Below are positions 57,215 to 64,000 of a stretch of DNA of 64,000 nucleotides, piece after piece. Each line of letters starts with the position of its first letter. The first letter of the stretch is position 1. Source of the stretch: a virus; the IMG/VR virus record IMGVR_UViG_3300044655_001596, positions 13,319-77,318 of that record; one strand, 5' to 3'. The notes below the pieces were generated by a model. That model was not told the DNA's origin. It ran no database searches and was given only the letters and a program-made list of their open reading frames with translations. The translations under genes and the position numbers were made by a program.

Positions 57215-57790
57215 ATGAAAGCACAAGTAAACCACATCAGCGATCAACTCGCAATCTGGAGTTCAAGAGCCTTCCGAGTCCTAGGACTTTGGATTGTGGC
57301 CTTGGCTGTGATTGCTGTGAGCAATCACAAACTCAACGAACTCCGCTCGGGCGTGGAGGCCATGCCTGCAGGGTATGTGTCGGCCCAAGAAAAAATTCGA
57401 TCCTTGGATTGCCTAACACGCAACATCTACTGGGAAGCCGCATCAGAGCCTTTTGAAGGCAAAGTAGCAGTGGCGCAAGTCACCATGAACCGTGTGGCCC
57501 ACGGAAAATTTGGTGACAGTGTCTGCGGGGTGATCTATCAGAAAAATGTATTCTACGAAAAGGTAATTTGTCAATTCAGTTGGGTGTGCGAAACCACACA
57601 CAAGACTCGACCAGTGTATCCGCCCTTGTGGGCTGAATCTGAACTGGTGGCCAAGAAAGTCTTGTTAGAAAACTTTAGATTACCAGGCTTAAAGAACGCA
57701 TTGTACTATCATGCAGATTATGTTAGCCCGGGCTGGAAATTACCTAAAATTGACCAAATTGGTCGTCACATTTTCTACGGAGAAAGATAA
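57215..57790 (+). CDS. cell wall hydrolase (SleB/Hydrolase_2)
   Basis: CLTRNIYWEA, AVAQVTMNR, CQFSW, YYHADYV, IGRHIFY; N-terminal TM. Confidence 0.92.
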   Translation: MKAQVNHISDQLAIWSSRAFRVLGLWIVALAVIAVSNHKLNELRSGVEAMPAGYVSAQEKIRSLDCLTRNIYWEAASEPFEGKVAVAQVTMNRVAHGKFGDSVCGVIYQKNVFYEKVICQFSWVCETTHKTRPVYPPLWAESELVAKKVLLENFRLPGLKNALYYHADYVSPGWKLPKIDQIGRHIFYGER

Positions 57791-58104
57791 TGCCTTTTAA
57801 GTTTCCTATGACAATCATTGCTGTTCGTGAATTCCTTGCCAACAGCCTTGCGAAGCTTTCGGCAGACACCCTGGGCTGGCTGGCAGCTATTGTGCTACAT
57901 TGTGCAACCTTGCCCAGTTTCCTGGCCTTGATGACCGGACTGAGTGACCGGACTCCTGGCCTGGACATTATCCTGTTTCTCTGGGGCGGCCTGGTCCTGT
58001 TGTTCCTGCGAGCAGTGGTGCTCAAAGACATGCTCAACATCATCACCATTGGTTTTGGTTTTATACTACAAGCCGGGTGCATGGCCCTGATCCTTTTTAA
58101 GTAA
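57790..58104 (+). CDS. 3-TM membrane protein (possible holin-like)
   Basis: Three hydrophobic helices, coupled to the hydrolase gene. Confidence 0.6.
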   Translation: MPFKFPMTIIAVREFLANSLAKLSADTLGWLAAIVLHCATLPSFLALMTGLSDRTPGLDIILFLWGGLVLLFLRAVVLKDMLNIITIGFGFILQAGCMALILFK

Positions 58105-58107
58105 AAA

Positions 58108-58143
58108 GTACTACTTGACACAAAATCCATGATCTGCTATAAT
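58108..58143 (+). promoter_or_regulatory. operator + sigma70 promoter
   Basis: GTACTAC abutting TTGACA(58115)-17-TATAAT. Confidence 0.8.
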
Positions 58144-58164
58144 AAAGCATGATTAGAAATTGCT

Positions 58165-58386
58165 ATGAAACTCTGCACTAATTGCGACGAACGAGCCTTG
58201 TGCTGTGATCACTGTGCCTACTTCAACTTCAATGGGAATGAAAGCGGTGCTTACACCGGCAATGGTTGGTGTCGTTTACACAAGCGAGCAGAAGACCCTG
58301 GCAGTCTCTGTGACGAGTATTTTTGTTTTGAACTCTTAGCAAAGGGCCTGCCTAATGAGCATGCATCTACACCACCCCAGTCTTAG
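58165..58386 (+). CDS. small Cys-rich protein
   Basis: CxxC..CCxxC..C..C..C. Confidence 0.55.
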   Translation: MKLCTNCDERALCCDHCAYFNFNGNESGAYTGNGWCRLHKRAEDPGSLCDEYFCFELLAKGLPNEHASTPPQS

Positions 58387-58747
58387 TCTCAACGGCCGCA
58401 AGAAGGGCAAAGTCAAGTTTCGTAATGCCGAAGAGGCTCGCAAGGCACGTGAGCTTGACGCTAGTTGGAAAGAACTCCAAAAGAAGTGGGAAGTGGACGC
58501 TGACGAGAAGAAGCGTCGACGTGCTATGAAAGCAGAAACTTTGGTATACAAATTGGCCGCGCCTGCAGGTCGTAGCACCACACATCATATTCCCAGTGTC
58601 AACACCGGTGGCAACGCCACCTTGGCTGCACCCAAAGTGTACACTGGCACCAAGGTCAAAGGTATTGCCACCATGCACAAGTCAAATGCTGTGCCTGTAT
58701 TTTCGGACGAAGAGGCTGTGGAAATCAGTCGCATGCGTCGCGGATGA
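58355..58747 (+). CDS. conserved T4-like basic protein
   Basis: YTGTKVKGIATMHKSNAVPVF..ISRMRR. Confidence 0.8.
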   Translation: MSMHLHHPSLSLNGRKKGKVKFRNAEEARKARELDASWKELQKKWEVDADEKKRRRAMKAETLVYKLAAPAGRSTTHHIPSVNTGGNATLAAPKVYTGTKVKGIATMHKSNAVPVFSDEEAVEISRMRRG

Positions 58748-59004
58748 AAGACCTATACTCCACGCCCGAAGCCAGATTGGATACCATACTGGGCCAGGTC
58801 TCTTTTTGGGCCAGGATGCAACGGTGCAAAACATCTGAAGAAGGTAAGAAGAATTGTACCACAAGCGTAGACACAATCACATGGTTTAGGGACACTTGGG
58901 GTATACAACTGATACCCTCGGATGATACCATATTTGGATTCCAGCGCCAGGTCAACATTGTGGACGAGCAGAAGTACATGATTTTTTTATTGAAGTGGTC
59001 ATGA
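58744..59004 (+). CDS. hypothetical protein (FxLKW-like family)
   Basis: IVDEQKYMIFLLKWS. Confidence 0.65.
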   Translation: MKDLYSTPEARLDTILGQVSFWARMQRCKTSEEGKKNCTTSVDTITWFRDTWGIQLIPSDDTIFGFQRQVNIVDEQKYMIFLLKWS

Positions 59005-59042
59005 AGAAAAAACGTTTATTAACCTTTAAAGGAGATTTTGAA

Positions 59043-59447
59043 ATGGGTGGTATGTGGGAAAAAGATGAAGTGGTGCGCTTGCTCAAAGGTGCGCCAGGTA
59101 CTCAGTATCAAGAAGGTGACGATCAAGTCAAAGAACAGATCCGTTCATGGGTAAGGGGTCTGCTGACCAACAGCGAAATTAGTGTGACATTCATCAAAGC
59201 AGATGGCACTGACCGTGACATGCTGTGTACCCTGGACGGGTCTAGGATTCCAGTCAGTGTAACAAAGCCGGTAGTACTGACCGCAAGTACCGCACCAGTG
59301 GATGGCATTGTGCGTGAAAGCAAAAAGCCTCGAAAAGAACCTGATCCACACAGTATCCGCGTGTTTGATTTGGAAAAGCAAGAATGGCGCAGTTTCCGTT
59401 TTGATAGACTCAAAAAGGTCACGGCCACTTTGGATTTCAATAAGTAA
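59043..59447 (+). CDS. WYL-like (WYL_2/SH3) domain protein
   Basis: VTFIKADGTDRDMLCTL..VFDLEKQEWRSFR. Confidence 0.8.
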   Translation: MGGMWEKDEVVRLLKGAPGTQYQEGDDQVKEQIRSWVRGLLTNSEISVTFIKADGTDRDMLCTLDGSRIPVSVTKPVVLTASTAPVDGIVRESKKPRKEPDPHSIRVFDLEKQEWRSFRFDRLKKVTATLDFNK

Positions 59448-59453
59448 TACTCA

Positions 59454-59672
59454 ATGGCCAAAGAAGATATTATCAACATGGAAGGGAGGGTAGAAGAAGT
59501 TTTGCCCGCCGCCATGTTCCGGGTAAAACTAGACAACATCAACAATCTAGTTCTAGCACACTTGTCCGGGCGTATGCGTAAGAACAACATCAAAGTCCTA
59601 CTGGGAGATCGGGTAGAAATAGAATTTTCACCTTACGATCTTACCAAGGGTCGTATTACCCGCCGCAAATAA
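59454..59672 (+). CDS. infA: translation initiation factor IF-1
   Basis: [44 protein letters not shown]. Confidence 0.96.
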   Translation: MAKEDIINMEGRVEEVLPAAMFRVKLDNINNLVLAHLSGRMRKNNIKVLLGDRVEIEFSPYDLTKGRITRRK

Positions 59673-59679
59673 ATACAAC

Positions 59680-60240
59680 ATGGACACAACAGCCTCTTTA
59701 AGCGATTTTATCAACATAGTGGAAGCCAGCACTCGTCCGGCCAAACTAGAAACTACTCCTCTCCCTTATGGCATCAAAGACCTTGAACCTGTGATGAGTG
59801 AAGAAACCATCAACTATCATTTTGAACATCTAGCCAAAGGCTATGCAAAGCGTTACAACGCAGGAGAAGGCAATGCGGATTTTAATCGTGCTGGCAGTTT
59901 TTTACACAATAAGTTCTTCCCTCAGCTTCGGGCTCCTAAAGGTGCCAACCGGCCCCGTGGTGCAGTACTCGCGCTGATAGAAGAAAAGTTTGGAACCTGG
60001 GAAGACTTCAAGGAGCAGTTTAAAGAAGCCGCAATGAAGATCCAAGGGTCTGGTTGGGTTTATTTGAGCACTGGGGGTGATATCAAGACCATTGCCAATC
60101 ATGCTGTGCGTACCGACATTTGTGTGCTGGTGGATTGGTGGGAACATGCCTGGGCACTAGACTATCAATCAGACAAAGAAAAATATTTAGACAACATTTG
60201 GAAAATTATTGACTGGGACGTTTGCAACGAACGTCTCTAA
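59680..60240 (+). CDS. Fe/Mn superoxide dismutase with N-terminal extension
   Basis: LPY..LEP..SEET..YH, LHN, GSGW, DWWEHA. Confidence 0.92.
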   Translation: MDTTASLSDFINIVEASTRPAKLETTPLPYGIKDLEPVMSEETINYHFEHLAKGYAKRYNAGEGNADFNRAGSFLHNKFFPQLRAPKGANRPRGAVLALIEEKFGTWEDFKEQFKEAAMKIQGSGWVYLSTGGDIKTIANHAVRTDICVLVDWWEHAWALDYQSDKEKYLDNIWKIIDWDVCNERL

Positions 60241-60246
60241 AAATCA

Positions 60247-61716
60247 ATGTCACAAGTTGTATTGTTTGGTGATTCGGCATTGAAATTTAGCCGACCTTTA
60301 TCAATTTATAAATTAGCCAGTCATCTAAGAGATAACGGTGTATCTTGTACACCAGTCTGGGCATGGCGATATGTGTCTGCGTCTGATTTTTACAAAATCT
60401 GTAAAAAATTTTTATCTTCTGAAACACAGGTAGTTGGAATATCAACCACACTACTAGGTGCTAGAACTAAACATTTTTGGGGGATATCAGATTCCGAAAT
60501 GGCAATAAGGTTCAAACTAATACGTAAACTTGCACCTAATGCAAAATTAGTAGCGGGAGGATCTCAACTGCCAGAAGTGCCCATTGAACAAATACCTTTA
60601 AGCAAAGAGATTGATTTGTTTGTTACAGGGCAAGGGGAGAACAGTCTTCTGGCCATTGTCAAAGAAAAAAGAGTAAAAACTCTGCAACCAAGTCCACCAA
60701 TTGTGACTCAGGATCTATACCCTTACAATGATTTTGTCAACACCATGACAAAGTTTGGCAAACAAGATTGTATTATTCCCGGCGAAGCAATGGGCTATGA
60801 ATTTGCACGTGGTTGCATTTTTAAATGTAGTTTTTGCACCTATGAGTTGACTGGAAAAAATCGCAACGACTATAACAAATCTGTTGATACAATTACTCAA
60901 GAGCTAAAACATAACTATGATCAATTTGGAATCACGCACTACAATGCTCTTGATGATTTATTAAACGATAGCGAAGAAAAAGTAAATGCAATACTAGACA
61001 TTGCTGAGAGGTTGCCTTTCAAGCTAACATATTCTGCTTTTGTGAGGTTAGATATGTTACGTAGATTTCCTACCATGGCCACCAAGTTACAACAGTCAGG
61101 ACTGATTGGTGCGTTTATGGGGATTGAAACAGTAAACGATGCCAGCGGTCGAGCAGTAGGCAAAGGTCTTGGAAAAAATCGAATCAATGAAGCTCTGGCA
61201 ATGTTGGATGAATCGTGGAAAAATTCTGTAGTCACTGAGGCCAGCTTTATCTTGGGGTTGCCCGAAGATACTCCAGATACAAAAAATCAATTGTTTGAAT
61301 GGTTACAAGAACCCTTGACTAAAAGAACAATACATTATATAAATGTGAATTCTCTAGGAATTAACAGTTATAGAAAATTATCAGACATTGACAAGGACCC
61401 GTCCTTGTTTGGCTACACAATCGATCGTAACTTATTATGGAATCTTCCAATGTATAGTCAGGCACAAGCATCAGAAGATAGCAAGTGGGTGACACGGAAA
61501 TATTATTCTGGCCGTAAATACAATACGTTCCCCAGGATAGATGTTTTTACATTGCCATACTTGTTGAGTATTACTGATTGTCGCAGTGACATATTAAATG
61601 TCATATTAAATGATCATTCAACAATATGGAATAACAATGAAGAATGGCTGAACTGGACAGACTCTCAGTTTACCATGCATCGAGACAAATATATCAACAA
61701 CTTATTAGGAAGATAA
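60247..61716 (+). CDS. B12-binding-type radical SAM protein
   Basis: RGCIFKCSFC, DD, GIET, FILGLP; N-terminal VAGG..GQGE domain. Confidence 0.88.
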   Translation: MSQVVLFGDSALKFSRPLSIYKLASHLRDNGVSCTPVWAWRYVSASDFYKICKKFLSSETQVVGISTTLLGARTKHFWGISDSEMAIRFKLIRKLAPNAKLVAGGSQLPEVPIEQIPLSKEIDLFVTGQGENSLLAIVKEKRVKTLQPSPPIVTQDLYPYNDFVNTMTKFGKQDCIIPGEAMGYEFARGCIFKCSFCTYELTGKNRNDYNKSVDTITQELKHNYDQFGITHYNALDDLLNDSEEKVNAILDIAERLPFKLTYSAFVRLDMLRRFPTMATKLQQSGLIGAFMGIETVNDASGRAVGKGLGKNRINEALAMLDESWKNSVVTEASFILGLPEDTPDTKNQLFEWLQEPLTKRTIHYINVNSLGINSYRKLSDIDKDPSLFGYTIDRNLLWNLPMYSQAQASEDSKWVTRKYYSGRKYNTFPRIDVFTLPYLLSITDCRSDILNVILNDHSTIWNNNEEWLNWTDSQFTMHRDKYINNLLGR

Positions 61717-61719
61717 CTT

Positions 61720-62040
61720 ATGATTACACTAACAGAAAATGCAGTTGGCAAATTAAAAGAATTGTTTGCTGAAGAAAATAATCCCAATCTTCTCTTGCGG
61801 GTGTTTGTACAAGGGGGAGGGTGTAGCGGTTTTAGCTATGGGTTTACGTTTGACGAATCTCGCAACGAAGATGACTTTGACGTTCCGGCTGAAGTTCCAG
61901 TTGTGGTTGATAGTATGAGCATGCAATATCTTCAGGATTCTTCAATTGATTACAAAGAAGATTTGATGGGTGCTAGTTTTGTGATTGACAACCCACAGGC
62001 ACAGACCACATGCGGTTGTGGATCTAGTTTCTCAGTTTAG
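61720..62040 (+). CDS. A-type Fe-S carrier (ErpA/IscA/HesB)
   Basis: [14 protein letters not shown]. Confidence 0.95.
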   Translation: MITLTENAVGKLKELFAEENNPNLLLRVFVQGGGCSGFSYGFTFDESRNEDDFDVPAEVPVVVDSMSMQYLQDSSIDYKEDLMGASFVIDNPQAQTTCGCGSSFSV

Positions 62041-62266
62041 CACGATTTTTGGGATCAGCAACCCAGGCTTTGTAGGCGTTGATGATGGGCCCTTGCGCTC
62101 TTAACGGCACACCTTGTTCACCTTCTAGGATATACTTCAACAATGGCATGTCTGGCATGATCTTGCTGTAAGCGGTGGCATTGCGAGTCAGTTGTTCAAA
62201 CACTACGGACTTTCCCTCGTCGTCGAGAGCATGAAACTTTTTTGTTAGATCTTCTACACTAAACAT
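62024..62266 (-). CDS. hypothetical protein
   Basis: AAGGA RBS; last gene of minus-strand operon. Confidence 0.65.
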   Translation of the reverse strand: MFSVEDLTKKFHALDDEGKSVVFEQLTRNATAYSKIMPDMPLLKYILEGEQGVPLRAQGPIINAYKAWVADPKNRAKLRN

Positions 62267-62269
62267 ATT

Positions 62270-62734
62270 TTATTCCTTTAGTAATTTTGCCTTGGGGCAA
62301 TTTTTTATGGCATCAAACAAGTCAGATGGTTTTACTTTTTTGTAGCTGTCTGGAAACAACTCAATACCCACTAGTTCAAGACCACGAGCACAAAACTCTG
62401 AGCACATCCATTGTTTTGGATCTTTCCAAAACTTTTTGGTTCTTGGAATAAGAACATTCAGTGGAGCCAGCGCAGTATAGTCATAGGGCTTGCCCAATTC
62501 TGTTTCACACCACTCACGCAAGATTTGTTCTTGTTCCTTAGTGATATCCAGTTCGTAGTTGTATTCCCAGAGGTACTTTCTATTACGAGTGGCAATAATT
62601 CTACCTGCTTCCATGGCGGCCACTATTTGTATACCATCGCTGAATTCAAATTCGCAATGACTCACACGACTCCAGGTCCACAGTCTAATCAATGGACTCA
62701 GCGGCAATAGACTTGCCGTAAATCTAATCTTCAT
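62270..62734 (-). CDS. permuted papain-like NlpC/P60 (YiiX/YebB-like) enzyme
   Basis: SHCE..GKPYD..WMCSE. Confidence 0.85.
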   Translation of the reverse strand: MKIRFTASLLPLSPLIRLWTWSRVSHCEFEFSDGIQIVAAMEAGRIIATRNRKYLWEYNYELDITKEQEQILREWCETELGKPYDYTALAPLNVLIPRTKKFWKDPKQWMCSEFCARGLELVGIELFPDSYKKVKPSDLFDAIKNCPKAKLLKE

Positions 62735-63999
62735 ATGTTCTTTCTAAATATCCAACTACGCAACCGACTCTTGAACCAGCGATCGATATAAGGATACAAC
62801 GTATCTCTATTTCTCAAGGCCCAAGACAGTACTCGTCCTAGCAGTATACTACGAATATTGTTGTTATGCAACACATAATTTGTCAATTTGAGTGTGTAGT
62901 TGAAAATCAATGCCTGTTGTTCTGGGCTGACAGTTTGGTTTTCTTCATTGTACACATGGCTTTCATAAGCGGCTTGGTCCAAGAATCCTCGATATACCAA
63001 AGCGTATGTTCCGCCAGTTTTCACAATGTTGTTCACACGCACACCATTGGCATAGTGGCTTTCGCCAGTAGCCAGCATTAGGTTGTATACGGTGACAGCA
63101 TCCTTGATTTTGATCTTGTTGGCAACATCAACAATCTTGATTGGGCCCAGCCAAGGAGCCAGTGTGGTTGCTAAATCACTAATAGCACACAGTTCGTCAG
63201 CATCATTGTAGAACGGATGTTCTTCTGTGATGTAAGGCTTGACTTTGCTGTCTAGTGAGAATACCCACTTGCTGACATCATGCACACGAATCTTGACGCC
63301 TATTACTTTTACAGGTGTGTTGGACAATGCTTCAAGGATAACGTCGCCGGCTATGATATTTTCAATGGCTTTGAGAGTGCCATCTGCCATGGTGATTTGT
63401 GTACCTGCCAAAAAGCAGCCACCACCGCCACCGCCACCATCAAAGCCACCAGAGTCACCACCACCAGACACTTCTCCTCCGCTTTGGGTTTCAATAACTC
63501 CACTACGAGGATTGATGCCAAATCTGTTGGCAATGTTTTCAAATTGCGGAGTAGTAGACCCGTTGACTGGTATCCATACTCCCGATTGTTTTATATAGGC
63601 AGATTTAACTTGATTCCAAACACCATTGGCTTTGACATAGGTTTCTTTGACAGGATTGAATATGCCATTCACATGCACAAAGGTGCCAGACACATCAAAC
63701 TCAAACACAGCATAGCCTGTGGTGCCGTCGCCTCCATTGGCGTTGCCGCCTTGGCCTGCATTACGCCAGTACTGGTTAGTGGTTCCTCCAGGAGTTCGAC
63801 CACTAGGGTCAGCCACAACAGTGCCCGAACTTAGTCCATACGATCCAGCATAGCCACCTTGATCTCCTCCGGGTGTGGTTCCGCCTTGGCCACCGCCCCA
63901 GCCACCACCACCACCACCACCTCCGCCGCCGTCGCCGGGTTTGTTGGTTCCGTTTTGTCCAGCATTGTCGCCTGGTGCAGCTTGGCCGTTGGGCCCTGG
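62731..63999 (-). CDS. glycine-rich tail fibre-like protein with Hint autoprocessing domain; 5' truncated by window edge
   Basis: Frame stays open to the window edge (Gly-rich); VKANGVW repeats; GGG-CFLAGT..ITEEHPF..VYNL..YANGVRVNN at 63028-63417. Confidence 0.8.
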   Translation of the reverse strand, partial: PGPNGQAAPGDNAGQNGTNKPGDGGGGGGGGGGWGGGQGGTTPGGDQGGYAGSYGLSSGTVVADPSGRTPGGTTNQYWRNAGQGGNANGGDGTTGYAVFEFDVSGTFVHVNGIFNPVKETYVKANGVWNQVKSAYIKQSGVWIPVNGSTTPQFENIANRFGINPRSGVIETQSGGEVSGGGDSGGFDGGGGGGGCFLAGTQITMADGTLKAIENIIAGDVILEALSNTPVKVIGVKIRVHDVSKWVFSLDSKVKPYITEEHPFYNDADELCAISDLATTLAPWLGPIKIVDVANKIKIKDAVTVYNLMLATGESHYANGVRVNNIVKTGGTYALVYRGFLDQAAYESHVYNEENQTVSPEQQALIFNYTLKLTNYVLHNNNIRSILLGRVLSWALRNRDTLYPYIDRWFKSRLRSWIFRKNI

Positions 64000-64000
64000 A

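Noticed and set aside
63028-63417. Canonical splicing intein
   Set aside because: The +1 residue is Ile and the penultimate His is absent
418-63834. Many antisense or alternate-frame ORFs in the track (e.g. 940-1467, 12672-13220, 19905-20420, 63280-63834)
   Set aside because: They lie wholly within well-supported genes and have no RBS or recognisable motifs
63895-63935. (CCA)n microsatellite
   Set aside because: Explained by poly-Gly codons of the minus-strand tail protein
1-64000. Bacterial chromosome origin (clpX, clpP, rpsU, infA, nadE, pstS, SOD)
   Set aside because: These genes lack their normal operon partners and are interleaved with PAAR, virion proteins, a phage-type ligase and T4-like late boxes
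1-64000. CRISPR array, tRNA, rRNA or IS element
   Set aside because: No regularly spaced repeats, cloverleaf/T-loop signature or transposase found by eye; tRNAscan and CRISPR tools were not run
1-64000. Stop-codon reassignment
   Set aside because: Known genes are full length in the standard code, and TAA, TAG and TGA all end genes at expected positions

Overview
A densely coded 64-kb segment of a large T4-like (myovirus-type) dsDNA phage genome in the standard genetic code. The host is probably an aquatic betaproteobacterium, inferred from the Burkholderiales-style porin, PstS, phasin-like and DUF3563-like genes. Core phage genes: NrdA/NrdB/glutaredoxin, ATP-dependent DNA ligase, exonuclease, PAAR, virion proteins and a Hint-domain tail protein. 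Host-takeover genes: ClpX, two ClpP, ClpS, Hsp20, YccA, bS21, IF-1, an unannotated ArfA-like microprotein, porin, PstS, desaturase, NadE, SOD, ErpA, UvsE, three radical SAM enzymes, a glycosyltransferase/UDP-glucose dehydrogenase/oxygenase/amidinotransferase locus, and a DGQHR(ParB-like)-HNH-HNH-methyltransferase operon. The non-coding DNA contains about 20 sigma70-type promoters, many inside a repeated operator (GTAnTAC, 11-bp period) + terminator + promoter cassette. It also has TAA(A/G)TA late-type boxes 4-8 nt before SD-less start codons, suggesting leaderless late mRNAs. Candidate host-regulator sites (Pho box, PhaR box, LexA-like box, ECF-type promoter), two ROSE-like thermometers and two candidate structured RNAs are present. 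Several unrelated proteins, including SOD and a putative nuclease, share a capsid-targeting-like N-terminal leader. No tRNA, rRNA, CRISPR array or transposase was seen. All calls come from reading motifs by eye; no database searches were run.
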